Assembly (NCBI RefSeq): GCF_016432865.1
Contig: NC_067399.1
Coordinates: forward strand, 463,512,001-463,576,000
DNA: 64,000 bases
Direction: 5' to 3'
Origin: Antechinus flavipes
Taxonomy: Eukaryota
The notes beneath the pieces are model-generated. The model was given only the letters and a program-made list of their open reading frames with translations. It made no database searches and was not told where the DNA came from. Each line of letters starts with the position of its first letter. The stretch's first letter is position 1. Positions 12,781 to 27,299 of this stretch are shown one piece after another. Position numbers and translations under genes: made by a program.

Positions 12781-13499
12781 AAAACATAATAATTGGGAGA
12801 ATTAAGACCCTAACATGGTTTCTTAGGCCAAAAATCTAATGGTTGAGTTATTTCTGCTGCAACAAACAGTTCTTGTTGGGTTGAACTGTGGTGACTTTTG
12901 AAGAGGCTTGAGCATTGGTCCCAGAAAAGGCAAACTGTCTTGGCCCTTGTCAAAACCCAACATATCTGAAAAGTTGTCTTTCCCTCCAAATTCCCTTTTT
13001 AATGCTCCCCTATCCAATCACTAAGGGTTCAAAGAAAGTCACTGATCTGTATTCATCCAGTCTCTTAAGACAGAGCTACCTTTTAGATTGAGATGGCAGA
13101 AGACAATCTTGTATCCTCAGGCTCTCACTGAATTTTTTTTTTTAATTTGCTAAAAGCCCTTAGAATTTTGTTTGTTCCAAAGAAGCATGGGCCACTCATT
13201 TGGTAAGGCTTGGTCCATAGCCTTATCTAACTCATCAAGCCCCTCTCCTGGGAAAGGAAAAAACTAGCTCAGGGCCAGGAAGTAGATAGGGCTGTTTTTT
13301 GCTTGGAGTGGGGTGGGGCTCAGGAACATGTGTAGTAAGAGATGAGCTCACGGAGAGCCAGAGGTGGGGGTGGGAGGAATAGTGGGAAAGTAATAGTGAG
13401 GGTCTCCATAGAAAAATTCAGATCATCAAAATCTAAAATATCAGAACTGGAGGGAAGCATACAACATAGACTGTTAGGATTGTAAACTTTCTTAGAGAA

Positions 13500-14070
13500 T
13501 CTTTAATTTTATGTGAAGTGAGAGGAGAAAGAATTAACTATCAAAGGAGTCCAAAAAGGAATATTCGGGTAAGAGAAGAACCTGGGAGAACTGTCACGGA
13601 GGCCAATTGATTACAGAATACCAAGGGGTTTGGAGTAGGGGTAGGGAAAGTGTTTCACATTGTTCAAAGCTATAGAACGGTCAAGGAGAATGGAAATAGG
13701 TCGTCATATTTAGCAAGTAGTAGGCCACTGACAACTTTTGAGAGAGCAGTTTCAGGTTAGTGATGAGGTCAGAAACTACACTGCACAGGGTTGAAGAGAG
13801 ACTTGGTGGCATGTACACATTGGAAGGCTGTATTGCAGGTGATGAAATTAAGACAGCAAATAAAGTATATTACTCGCAAGAATAAACACTCTTTATTGCC
13901 TTGCAGTCCTCCTCCCCTAACAATTACACCCATTTTTCTGATTTTTAAGAGGGTGATCTTTTCTGAGGCATTGAAGCATTTCTTCATTCATCTTAGATGG
14001 GAGAGTCTGTTGCTTCCTCTCCATTTAGCTGGCCCAATCAAGGCCCTTTCCTGTGCTGGTCGTAAACATA
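13500..14070 (-). mobile_element. L2 LINE fragment (reverse)
   Basis: agggaaagtgtttcacattgttcaaagctatagaacggtcaaggagaatg...ccactgacaacttttgagagagcagtttcagg. Confidence 0.65.
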
Positions 14071-15506
14071 ATATACCGGGGAAAACAGCCAGGCCAGGAA
14101 TTAGACCTGTAACCTTTGCCAGGCTGATATTCCTAGGGAGGCCAGGTTAGCTGAAGTCCCCCAAATCTTGGTTTATGCAGCAAAGGGAATTTCTGAGAAG
14201 AGCAAAATCAGGATGAGAGAGTAGAGGACTTGCCAGAGATATAAAGTGGCATAAGGCCCGGGATCTCAGAATCAAAGCATTTACTTACTACTTACTCCCT
14301 GTGTGATGGTGAGAAAGTCATTTCTCTTTGGGTTCTAGTTTCCTTCTCTGTTAAAAAACGTAGAGGTTGGACTAGATGGTCTTTTAAAGTCCTCTCCTTT
14401 CCAGTTCTGATATTTTGGGATTCTAATAGTATATGTAGTTAAGAGAAATGGAACTCCTAGCCCTCTCTTGACTGGTATTTATATTCCAGGCTTCTCTTCC
14501 TTCCCTCCAGAATACTTACATAAGGCTTTTGCCTTGGACCCTGAGCTGCTTCTAGGATCTGGAGAGAAAAGGAGGGGAGGACTGATTATTTCACTTCCCG
14601 TAACAAAAATTTCCTATAGCTCCCTATTCCTTCTATTGCCTTTGGGATTAAGTATAAACTCTTCAGTGTGACATTTAAGGTTCTTCACTGCCTATTCTCA
14701 TTCACCTTTCCAGACTTGACATCAGTTCCTTTCTTGTCTCCTGTGTTCTAGCCCAACTGAGAGAGTGGCCAGAGTAAGCACTGATTAGATGGGGTCCTGC
14801 ACCAGAAAAGAACATCCTGAGATGGTCTTTCTTCTTTTTCCGGAGACTAGTATTTCTCAGCTGCTGAATGACTAGCTCATTCCCTCAGGCTGCTAAGTCT
14901 AGGCCACAATGACCTTTCTTCATTTCCCTGGATCACTGTGCCCCTTAATAGGACTCACTATATCCTTTACTCCGGGGTCTCTTACCATATGGGACACATG
15001 AGATCAGCTTGGGGGAAGTCCAACAGCAAAGCATACACTGGTTTATCCCTGTCAGTCCCTATTTTCCTGCTTCTTGAAACAGTTGGCTCCTGTACTTAGT
15101 TTTAGGGATACAAAGACCAAAAGAAAAAAAAAAGTTCCTGCCTTCAAGGAGCTTACAGATTCTGTAGCAGGGAAACAACAAATGCACTAAAACATAAAGA
15201 TAAAATATATACAGAGAATATTTTTTAAAAAGACAACTTTTGGGGATTTTACATGTGAGCTGAATTTTGAGAGTAATTAGAGTCCTTCCAGTTCCCTCCT
15301 TGCCCTTCCCGTCCTTGTGATAAAATTTAAAGCTCTCTAGATTCAGAGTCCAAGGACCTAAATTCTAATTCCTGAATCTGACTTTTGTTTGATAGTTACT
15401 TCATACTCTGGACTTCAGGGAATTGGCTGTAAGGCATGTTTAATTGAAGTGCAACATATGTACTGTGTTTTGTAGAATTTGAAGAGTTATATAAATGCTA
15501 GCTATT

Positions 15507-15540
15507 CTTCATCATCATCATCATCATCATCATCACCATT
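15507..15540. repeat. (CAT)n microsatellite
   Basis: ttcatcatcatcatcatcatcatcatcaccatt. Confidence 0.9.
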
Positions 15541-17689
15541 GAATTCAAGTGAGTTGAATTATGAATTGGCAACAATGGTCAAAATCCTATATGTATACTT
15601 CCACAGTAAGTGATTTGCAGATGACAGGGTTCCTGGCTGGGATTCAGTCAGTTGTTTGATGATGTTTGGACTTGTAGACTGAACTTTCAAAGGGTTAATT
15701 CTCTTCTTGAAATCTGTTAAACCTTTAATTAGGGTGTGCTACAACCAGGAGATGGTTGAACTGCAAGATCTTGCTAGTTATTACTTTTCATTTAAATATT
15801 CATACTCCTCTTAATTACTGGGGTTGTATAATAGAAAAATAGCTATATTTTGGTGCTAAGAAATCTGGATTCACATCTAGCCTTTGAAACTAACAAGCTG
15901 CAAGTTTTACCTTGGACACAAGTTTGTCTATCTTCCTATGAATTACTTTTCTCATCAGTAACAGGTAGTAATCTGTTCTACCTACCCTGAAGGATTGTTC
16001 TAAGGAAATTAATTGCTTTGTAAACATTAAAAGTGTAAAAGAAATGAGAGCTGTTGGTGGTAAAGATAATAATAGTTATAATAGTTTGGTATTATTAGTT
16101 CTTCTCATGGTCTTCTGATACCACGGACAAATTCAAAACCATACCAGAATATTGTCAAAAATTTTTAGAAACAGAAAATTCAACCAGATATTTATACAGA
16201 GTTTGAATGTGATTGCCAATCTGACCTGGATGTCACCAGCTGTGCATTGTCAGCCATCTCAGAAAGTCTAACACGGGTCTTTTTTTTTTTTTTTTTTTTT
16301 AAAGGTCCACAAAGTTTGTAAGGGCCTGGCCTAGCTCCTATGAGAATGCCCCAGTTGTCACTGGGTCCAGGGAAAAGCCAGGGACATTTTCACTTCTTGG
16401 GAATAGTTACTGAGGTGATCTGTCTAACATTTAACCCCAGCCAACCTGTGGGGCTAGTTTGGGACACAAGGAGTTCTAGAGTGCAAGTCAGAGGGGAAGG
16501 TGCGGGATTTGTAGTCCCTGGTCTCTCCTTCAATTTGTAATTCAATACAGCTTTAGTCTTACACAGATTGATTCCCTTTCATTGCTCTTCCTTTCCCATC
16601 TTCTCCTTAACCTTTCTCCTCTTAGTTCACAGAATCACAGAATTTGAGAGTTGGAAGGGACCTCAGTGGCTAGCTAGTCTAACCCCTCACACAAAAGGAA
16701 TCTCTACTCTCACATGCAGACTCCAAAGGAAGACTTCCAAGGCAGCCTGTTCCATTTTCGGACAGCTCAAATTGTTTGGAGGTTCTTCAGGGAGAACCAA
16801 GGATGCCCCTTTTTGTTTGCCACCCGATACTCTTATCAATCATGTTCTTCCTGAGTCACTTCTTTAGACTCTCCTCCTTTTCCCCACCCCTATTATTTTC
16901 TTTTGTATGTTATCTTCTTCCATTAGATTGAAAGCTTTGTGAGGCTAGACTGTGTTTTTATACTTGTATCCCCAGGCTTAGCAAGGTGGCTAGCATATAG
17001 TGGATGCTCAATAAATATTTATTAACTAGACACACACATTTGTTCCAGACAGTCTGTATGTGATACAGATTTGAAGCTTCCTTGTATATATTTTTTCTTT
17101 CTGTTGCTTCTTTCCTCTCTGAGTCTTCTTTCTTTCTTTCTTTCTCCCTTTCTTTTTCTGATTTGTTTTCTCTTCTTTTTTCTTGTCCCAGCTCTCACAT
17201 TTTGCTTCTTCTAGTCTCTTGCTTTTTCCCTTCTTTTATTCCCAGGATCCCCTCCTGCCCCTCTTCCTCACATCATCCTTAATCCCCCTTCTCCCTTCCA
17301 TGGAAAAAGTGTAAGAGAGTAAGACTACCTCCAGTGGGAGAGATTTGGCTTATCCTGAAGTAAACCCAGCTGACTGTCTCTAGCATATAAATTGAAGCTA
17401 TTTTGCCATCTCTTTTAGATAACCATCACCAACACAAAGCCTAAAGTTTCATTTTTGGACTTCAGAACCTATGAAAATTTTGGTTTTCCGCTATCTTTAA
17501 AAATATTTTTAAAGACTTGTTTCGAAGAACATAGATTCTAGTTCCTACTGTAATGGTCTTCATGTTTTATATTTTCTCCAATCTTTTGCTTAGAAAAAGG
17601 TCTCTGTGCCTTTAAATCCTCAGCAGCCCAGAATGGGACACTGTCCCTTTAAAAGCACATTACATAGAGTTAGAATATAGCCTTTGTTT

Positions 17690-17990
17690 AACTAGCGATG
17701 ATTGTTCCCAGTGGACAGGGCTGGAATGGTTTGCTGAGAACAGGAGGGAGAGAAGGCTTAGTAAGGGCTAGTGGGCAGCTCCTGGCCGGCCCGTGGCAGC
17801 TTATACCGAACAGGGAGGCAACAGACCGGGGGCCTGGGAACAACTCCCCTCCTTCCCCTTCTTGGCTAGCTCATGGTTTTGCCTGGGTTTCTTCAGCTCC
17901 TAGAGCCGGCCAGAGGAAGCCGGAGTGTAGCGATGGTGATGGTGAGTAGCAAAGGCTGTCTCTGGGCAGAGACCGGGTTTAATGTGTGTG
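17690..17990 (+). promoter_or_regulatory. Small CpG-enriched patch ending in a consensus donor ATG|gtgagt (17942); possible alternative 5' exon
   Basis: Local cluster of CCGG and other CpGs, an ETS-like gaggaagcc/ccggag sequence and a perfect GTGAGT donor on the gene strand. Confidence 0.35.
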
Positions 17991-20479
17991 TTTGTTAGGG
18001 GTTTGCAAGAAAAGGGGACTGTCAGTGGATTTGTAGACCCCTACCTTGGTGGAGCACTACCCTCAGCTGGACCCTATCCTCATTTGGCACCTGAAATGCA
18101 TCATTTAAGGCTTTGCGCTGATTTTGTCAACAGAATAGGACTGCTTACAGCCAGATGTTTTGCAGCCGAATGGAAAAGCAGGAATGCAGTTCCTGACTCC
18201 AGGGTCTCCAAGTTTTGGCATTTATGGGTTGAAGACAATTTGGCCATTGCCGCAGGGCACAGGCTTCCATGGTCTTTGAGAAGAGAATCATAGCCTGTCA
18301 AAGCTAGAAATAAATCTTAGAACACAAAATATTTGATCTAGTAAAGATAACTTTCTCATTTTGCAGATAGGGAAACTGAGTCCCAGGGAGAGCCAGAGAC
18401 TTGTCCAAAGTCACATATTATTAATGGCAAGGTTGTCACTATAAAATCAGCACTATCTTTGCTCTTCCCCATCCTCTGTCCAATTCCCTTGGAATTCTTG
18501 GTTTTCCCAGCCCTTACTTAAATATGAAAGGCTAGGAGATCTACCCATTAATTTTTATTTGGGTGCTAAGGCCTGGACATTATATTTCCTAGACCTTTGT
18601 AATGAGGGTGAAATAATGATAGTAGCAGTGACCCAGCCCAAAATATGGAAATCATTAGAAGTAGACTAACTGAAAGGGGGTGTGTGGAATTTTTAAGAGA
18701 GAAAACACCACCCGGATGTATGAGGCATACTTATTCTGAGGGACTGGATGATCTCTAAAGTGTCTGGTTCTGAAAGTCTTGGCTACCTCATTATTCACTG
18801 AGTAAAAAATTAGTACCTTAAATGTTTATTTGGTTTTTTCCCGGGGGGGGGGGGGGGGAGAGGAGGGAAGTCATAGAATGTTGGAACTAGAAAGGGCCTT
18901 AGAACATAGGTTGTGAGCATTGGATGTGACCTTAGAAGGTAGTATTTCAAGACTGAAGTTAATAGAATACTAAAACATAGAATGTTAGAGTTGGAAAAGA
19001 CTTTATAGATTGAGCCTACCCTTATGTTTTATAAACCCAGAGAGATGAGTGACTTACCTGAGATCTAGCATGAATTAGCTTTTGAACCCAAGTCTCCTGT
19101 CTTAGTCCAGGGATCCTTCTATAACAGAGGCTAACATCTGTCTCCAGCCAAAGCCACAGAGCTACCCCCAAGGCACAAAGAAGGCAGATTTCCAGCTAGA
19201 CCTTGCCTAATTATCTATTCCTCCTCTCTCCTTTCTCCTCAACCTCTTTCTCAGCCTTCATTCCCCCAAACCCCAATTTCTACTCACCCCCATCCTCATT
19301 CTTGTCTGCCCCCAAAACTCCTGACTTGAAAGAGATTGAGGACGTGATGTGGACAGATACTGGCAGGCTGGGGGCTCTGGGAAGGCGAGTTTCTCCAGCT
19401 CTGAGCCTCGGCTTAAGTATTTGAAACAACTGTCAAAAACTAGGTCACTGTGATATTGTTGAATCTTTGTTGGAGGAAAGAGCCTATCCCTGAGATAGTG
19501 AGCTAGTTTGAGGTGCTTACTTGGTCTGTCCCAGCTGTGTGTTGATGCAGTTGTTTGTAAGATCTAACCTTTTCCCCTGGTCTAAAACATCCTTCCAGTT
19601 AAGGAATACCTGCTTTAAAGGAGTCTTCACTGGAACTGGAAAAAGCTAACTCCAGTATTTAATAACTGTCTGACCCATAGCTTCCAGGATAACTGGAAAA
19701 TCAACATTATTTAATAATAATAATAAATAATCCCCACTTCTGTAGCGCTTTAAACAAAATGCATTTATATTGATTATCTTATTTGATTTTTCATTCTAGC
19801 CCTGGAAGGGAGGTAGTCAAAGGAGGGCCCAGATCTTGGCCTAAGCTTTGGGAGTTTACAACTGCTGCACCTCAGTTTCCTTGCCTATAAAATAAATGCA
19901 TTGGGCAAAATTATCTCTAAAGGTCTCTTCTGCTCTAAATCCATTATGTAACTGATGTATTTCCATTTTACATGTGAGGAATCTAAAGATTCAGGAAAAT
20001 GACAAGACTTGCTTGCTCTTGGTTACTCAGCTACTAGGTGGCAGTTAGAGTTTGAACCCAGTTCTTACCTGATTCTTGGTTCAGGGCTTGGTTTATCACC
20101 CCAAACTTAGATTTGCTTCCTCACCTGAAGGCCCAGACTCAGTTCTTCTGACCCTAAATCCAGTATTCCTTAAAACCCAAAGGTGAACTTAGAATAGAAG
20201 CTAATTATTTACACCCTTATTTTGAGCAGTGATTCCCTTTGTAATAATTCTGAAGTGATTCAGCCCTAGCATGAAAACTACCAATAGTAGAAAACCACTT
20301 AGGCTAGAGGATTCTCTGTATGTTATATGTTCATAAAAGCTATCTAGTCCAACTTCCTCATTTAACCAATGAAGGCCAGAGACATTGATTGATGTGCCCA
20401 GGATTACATAATTTCAAGGTCCCTTTTTAAGTTTTAAAATTTTATTCTATTGTTCTAGCCTTGGTCTCTCCCCTTAGTT

Positions 20480-20900
20480 CTAGTCTTGCAGCATCCTCTG
20501 CTGCCTGGATGTCTTTACTTGGATATCCTATAGGCATCTCAAAGTCATTACATCCAAAATGAAACTTGCCATCATTAGCACCTTAAATGTATTTCATTCT
20601 TTGTCAAGAACACCAAACATTCTTCTAGACCTTCAGATTTCCAATCTTAAGATCATCCTTGAGTGTTTATTTTTCATCACTACCATTTCCCTCTCTTCCC
20701 CCCAAATAACCAGTCAGTTGTCAAATCTGATGGATTTGTCTTTACAACATCTCTCATATCCATTCCCTTCTCTCCATTGGAAAGAGTATCAAGTCTAACT
20801 TATTCAAGCTTCTGTTCTTTGCAACAATCTCTAAGCGATCTACTCACCTCCACTCTCACCTATTTCCATGTATCCTTCAAGTAGCTGACAGACTGATAAT
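20480..20900 (+). mobile_element. L2 LINE fragment
   Basis: cctggatgtctttacttggatatcctataggcatctcaaagtc...catccaaaatgaaact...atcagttgtcaaatctg. Confidence 0.7.
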
Positions 20901-21219
20901 CTAAAAAAATGATTGTTAAAATTTATGTGGCAAAGTGTAAATGTGAAAGCTTCAAGTAGTTGTCTAGAAATTGGGGTGGAGAATTTAACGATAGTCATTG
21001 CTTTTGATGTACATTAGGAATCCTTGAAAGGAGGGGTATGATGAATTAGATTGGGTGATCCAGACTGGAGTTGGGGAGCAATTATTAAATTTAGTGGGTT
21101 GTGACAGAGAGGGGAGTAGAGAGAGAGACAAGAGAGAAGGAAAGAGAGAAAATATAAAGAAAAAGAAAAAAGCACGAGAAAGAGGTCCAGAATGGATTTA
21201 TCCAGAAAGAAAACATTGT

Positions 21220-22110
21220 TAACTTGCCCAAAGTACATTTCATTGAACACTTACTAAGGTTCTTTAGCGTACAGAGGAGTACTTTATTCACTAGTGGAAG
21301 AAAGACAAAGTGTTAATAAGGGATTATCTCTGCCTTCAAGAAACTTATAGTCTAAATGAAGGCAAAGATACAGGTAGTAAATGTTAAATAAATATATGAG
21401 AGCTTTACAAAATGGAACTATCCTGTGAAATCTGAAGGGAAAAGTCATTATTGTCTAAAGGGATAAGAGAGAGAAGTTATCAAATTGGCATTTAATTTGA
21501 AATTTAAAAGAAAAGTAGGAATTCAATAGACAAAGATAGGGATGGGATCATAGGGTTCAGTCTTAAAAAGGGACCTTAAACATCATCGAGCCCCAATTCC
21601 CCATTTTTATAGACGAGAGAATTCAACAGCATTCATCCCAACCTAAAGAACAGAGCAAAGGTTGAAAGGCACACAGTACATTTGGAAAATAGAAAAATAG
21701 ATGAGTTTGGCTGGAGGCTAAAGTGCATGGAAGTGAGTAATATGAGACAAGGCTGGAAAGGTAGAGTAGCATCAAACTGCAGAGGGCATTGAATATCAAA
21801 CAAAGGAGTTTGAACTTTTAAGAAAGGTGACTATGGAAAAGAAAAATTACTTTAGAAGAAAGATGAAAGATGATTTGGAGGCAGCGAGAGGCAGACAGCA
21901 TGAGACGCAAGGAGTTGTTAGGAAGCTATTGCAATTATCTTTGCCAGTGGTAAAGGCTCTATATCAGATTGATGGCCAAGAAGAAAGGATGCTCTGACTA
22001 ATTAGGGATAATATGACAAAGATGGAAGGGCATGGCCACACCTAATTTAATTCAACAGATATTTGTTAAGTACCTACTATGTGCCAGGCATTATGCTTAG
22101 GGCTAAGGAG
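21220..22110 (-). mobile_element. L2 3'-region fragments (reverse)
   Basis: catttcattgaacacttactaagg, tctctgccttcaagaaacttatagtcta, ttcaacagatatttgttaagtacctactatgtgccaggc. Confidence 0.65.
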
Positions 22111-25100
22111 TAAGATAAAATGCCAAATCCAAGACCTACCACCGACTCCTTTCCAAACCCAATCGAGCCCCAACTCCTTAGAAGGATTCACTTTTTGTCC
22201 CTTCCCATCAATCACTATCACTTTCCCACCTCCCTAGCTGAATATTTTCCACTGCTTGGGAACTCACTGCTAGATAAGTATTGGGGAGGGGATTCATGAA
22301 AAGCTAATTTTTAATTTGCTGGAATATAATCCTGTTTGATCAGTGTTTTTGGGCGCCTCTTCCTCTTAAAATTCAGGGCACTTAACTGGTTCTACTGAGG
22401 TTTATGAATGTTTAAAAATTGCTTTGCGGTCCCTAAAGTAATTTGACAAGTCTGACAGCTATTGATTAAAAACTTGAAATTATTCAGACTGCAGGATGAC
22501 TTGGGGGATGAGATGGAAAGTTTTTTGCTATGTATATTTTCTCCTCAGAATGTGAAAGGAAAGTAGATGTTTGAAAGTAAATGTGGCTCTGCATGTTTTT
22601 TGAAAAGCCCATTCTAGTTGTGAAATACAGCTAGAATGATGAAGTACTTGGTGAGGAATGATGAATGAATGGCTGAATGAGTGAATGAATTTATAGAATA
22701 CTTTCCTAAAGTCTGCAAAAAATTTAACTAGCCTTTAACTGATTTGCTCCTCATTGCAGCCCTATAAGGTAGGAAGTGAAAATATTATCACCCCCATTTT
22801 ACCAATGGAAAAACCAAAGCCCATTGAAGTGAATTTTTTGCCTAAAATCATTAATCTTGTAAATGACCCAGAGTCTTCTAATTTGAAGTTCAGAGGTCTT
22901 TTCTGTATCCTATTTTGCCAACCAAGCATATAGGGTATATTATATGCCTGGAGCCTTCAAGCTAGTTAGCAATGAGACCTGTCCTTGCAACACCCTTCTC
23001 CACCCCTTCCTCTTCCTTCAGAAGCTCCCTTGACACCAAGAATTGATTTCTCTTCTATTTTTGAAAAAGCTTTTTCAAAGTGCTTTCAAATGTATTTATC
23101 TCATTTGAGCTTCATATTGCTCCTGTGAAGAAAGTAGGTGAGGTATCAATTGCCTCAGTTGTAGGGAGAAAAACATAAAGGCCCAGAGAGGTAATTTGTC
23201 CAAGATTGCAGAGTAAGTTATTGATAGAATTGGGTCTGAAATCTAAGTCTCCTGCTCTTTCCATCCTCACTGTTTCAGTCTTAAGAGTTTTAGGGATAAA
23301 TGCATTAAGAGTCTTATCTCCTCATAATTACTCATACTGTTCTAGCTATAAGATACATTCATATTATTGTTAGTTTACTATTAGCTTCTATGGTATTTTC
23401 AGTTTTGGAAAGTGTTATCCTCAAAATAGTTCTTTGAAAAAGTTAATGCAAGCATTATTCCTATTCTGTGGATGAAGAAATTGATACTCAGAAAGGAAAC
23501 TTGTGCCATTATCATAGTAAATTTGGGAGCTGGGACTTCACCCTGGCTTTTTTGGCTCTTAAGCCTAGCCATTGTCTCCACTAAACAATGTTGCTTCCTT
23601 ATGGTAGAATTTAGTATGTTGGAACCAGAGCATTTCAGCTAGGAGGGACCTTAGAACAGAATATCAATGGATCATTAAAGATCATCTCCTTTAGCTCTTT
23701 ACTTTTACAGATGAGGAAGTAGAGACCTGGAGAGGTAAAGTAAGTCTTCCTGGATGATAATCTCAGGGCCCACCAAAGGTTCTTGTCCTTTTAAGGAGAA
23801 TATCTGCCTGAATACTCCACCCCCATTCCTTGCTTGTCCCTGGAGAGACAGGCGGCATTCCTCTGTCCCCAGTGGTTTTGGGGTTGCGAAGGGGACAGAC
23901 AGAGAGCTTGGCTGTGCCCTCTGGCCCTTTCCCAAGCTGCTTCTACTACCCATTGCCTTTTCTTAGGCCAGGAAGCTGATGGGGTTAGGAGAGATGAGTC
24001 TGTTTGGGATTCACAAAGCATAGCTCATAGCTATTTTTATCCATTCCCTCTGTTCCCATGGGCTGTGGCTTTGAAGGGAAGAGGGCTGTTTGGGAACCCA
24101 CCCTCCATCTGAGTTCCACTGGTTCTTTCCACCCACAGTGTCCATGAGCTTACACCTCGGACTACTCATTGTCAGAGTCCCAAGGTCATGTAGAGGATCA
24201 GGGCACAAAGGAAGGTTGGAGATCCCTGATAGTAGGATTTAAAATTGGAACTTGCCTTAAAGACCTAGTCTAGCTCTTCCTTTTATAGAGAAGATAACAG
24301 AAAGTTAGTGAAGGGAAATGCCTTGGTCTTGGCTTATGTAAGTAACAAACAGTTGAGACTGGATTCAAATCCAAGTCTTCTGTCTTAAGATTTAGTGCTG
24401 TACCCACTCCCCCGCATTTGTGCGCTTTAATGAGAAAAAGAAGTCCAGAGGGAAGCCTCTGCCCTAGGGGCAGGCAGGACGGTGGTTAGCCTCTGCCAGC
24501 ATCCCTGGGTCCCCCTCCCTCTCCTAGCCATTCTTCTCTCTTCTTTGAGTGAGCTGAGAGTGCAGATGAGTCACCCTTGTGACTCCCCAGGCCCACTAGC
24601 CTATAGGAGGTCTGGGCTTTGTCCTTCTTCCTCACCACTTGCAGAACCTAAGAGGGAGAAGCATGTGTGGAAACTGTTGGCTTCCTGAATAAAGGCAGCA
24701 GCCCCCCTGAGGGGAAGAGGCTGGAGCACAGAGAGACCAGGCCAGATGGAGCAGTGTGTGTGGCAGTGGGGAGGCAGAGCAGAAGGGGAGACATTAGGAA
24801 TAATAACAGCTCCCATTTTTAGAGCACTTTAAGGTTTGGAAAATGCTTTGTTCATGACAGCTCTGTGAGACAGGTCCACGGGCTTCCCTTTCCACTATGT
24901 TTGGGCTTGATCACATATTTAGAAAATAAGGAAGTTAGGGATGGAGAAAGCCTACAAAGAAGAAAAGTCCTAAGGAGTGTGTGTCCCCCAGATTTGTCCA
25001 CTTTTGCTCACAATCAAGGCTAACCTGCAGAAGTGTGAAAAGAATCTGGCTTGAATTAGAATTGCTAAATGTTAATAATGAGAATAACCTTAGCTTGAGT

Positions 25101-27049
25101 GTCAGAGCTGAAGGAAACCTTAGAGATCAATTTGTCCAGTCCCTTCATTTTACAGGTGAGAAAACTAAGGCCTAGAAAAATGACTTGCCTAAGCTCTCAC
25201 AATGAGATTGATTGAAAGGAAATTTCAAAGCACAGTGTTTTTTTTTTTAAATCATTGTAATTGCTTTTATTATTACTATTTGGTAATTGAGGAAACTGAG
25301 GCTCAATAATAGGAAGTGATCTGTGCAGGGGGACATGACTAAGAAGTAGCAGAGCTTAAGCTTTAACAGGAGTGGAGTATATTTGAGACAGGTCCAGATT
25401 CTCTCTTTGTCGACACATCATGAAAGTCTTGGATTTGTTTGAGAAAACTTGTTTGGGAAATGAGTCTCAGGATGGCTCTGAAGTCAGAGGTAATATATCA
25501 TCAGGTGTTGGGTAACATAGCTGGTATATGACCAAACACACATCCACACATTCCTTATCCATGTACATGCTCCTTATATGCTAGACATGGTGCTGTCGTT
25601 CTCCCCTTCTCAGACTCTCCATTCCACACATCCTAAACTTGATTCCTTTAACATTATGAGCTGGTTAATAACAACTTTCTTCCATCGGGGAAGCAAGTGA
25701 TACTTTTTCAAAGAATTTTCAATCACATTTGGTTCATTTGAGCCTCAGTTTACCACTATGAAGTAGATAGGGAAAGATATTATTCCATTTATATAAAAGA
25801 GGAAACTGAGTCTGGGAAAAAGGGATTGAGTAGCCCACAGTCACAGAACAAATTAGGGGATTCCACAAGCTGGAACCTGCTCTCCTGATTTCTGTTTGAT
25901 TTCTTTTTCTACTACACTGTACATCCCCTCACATCTCTGGCACTGCAAGCAGGAAGGGATGGGCAGAATCAGCTCTGTTTATATAAAATAGGTGTAAAGT
26001 TCATAATAGCATTATTGGTGATAAAAAGCTGAAAACAAGCTAAGTGCCCAGTGACTGTGGGAACACTGGCTTACCTGACCAACATATCTTCCTTTCTTGC
26101 ATGATCTCTGTGAATTTTTCTTGACAAATTCTTTCCGGGCTTGAAGCAAATCTTATTTTCAAACAATAGAGATATTTTCAGGGCATGTGATTAGGGAGGG
26201 TGGAGTCCAATTCTATTGACTCTGTCCTCTCTCCCAGATTAGAGAAAGGTATCTCCTGATGACAGTCAAGGGAAATGATTCAGATAGAATAAAAAGGCCC
26301 CAATGGCTTTGGTGTGTGTCTTTAGGGACAGTTGATGAACTTTGCCCAGATTGTCTCTTCCTTTCCCAGAATCTTGAAATCCAGGTGTAAAATGGTGTGC
26401 CTGTACATGAAGGAACTGAAACTAGTGGGTGTCTGGTTTCAGCTGAGCTTCTGCCTGTAAAAGCTCTGTGCAGGGATGATAAGGACCCGTTCTCTGGCTG
26501 CCTCCAAAGATGCTCCCAGACAGAGGAGAATGACCAACCATCTCCCCATAGCTATGTCTGCTGCCCCAAAGTCTAGCGTTCCCTCTAAGACGGTTCTACA
26601 GCTTGAGCAAGCCATGGTGCAGGAGCTGATAAAATGATTTATTTAATCTCACCCAACCAATCATTGGCAGAGTAGACCCCAAGCTTACTAGCATTCAATC
26701 TGCGTCCCTTGGATGTTAGTGGGTTGGGTGGGAGCTGTGAAGAGAGCAATTCAAAGTCCCCTAAGTAATGTCACATGATTAGACAGGTGAAACAGGACAT
26801 TCATATGGTATAAATTAAATGTCTATGATCAGCCTTGATTATTGTGTTCTCTCAAGGTTATTCAGAATGTTTATTGACTTGAAAATGAGATTGGATGAGA
26901 TGTTCTTTAAGGTTCTTTCTGGCTCTGATAGTCTGTTTTAGGTTTGAACTATTTTCTAAAGACCCTTCCAAGTTGGACTTCTGTGTGCTAACATTTCTCT
27001 GCCCTTACCTCTCTTTGACCATCCAGAATTTACATTCTTCTGCAATACA

Positions 27050-27285
27050 CGTGGCAGCTAGGTGGCTCAGTGGATAGGGACCTTGGCCTGGAATCAGGAA
27101 GCTTTGAGTTCAAATCCAGACAAGACACTAGTGTGTGATCCTGGGCAGATCAACGTAACCTCTGCCCACTGGAGAAGGAAATGGCAAACCACTCTTGTGT
27201 CTTTGCCAAGAAAACACTCTGCACAGTCTGGCCTATGGGCTCACCAAGAGTTGGGCACGACTGAATAACAAAAACAATAATATAC
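27050..27285 (+). mobile_element. MAR1-type SINE
   Basis: gcagctaggtggctcagtggatagg...gagttcaaatcc...ctggagaaggaaatggcaaaccactc...gagttgggcacgactgaataacaa. Confidence 0.85.
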
Positions 27286-27299
27286 ATGGATGCGCAGCT

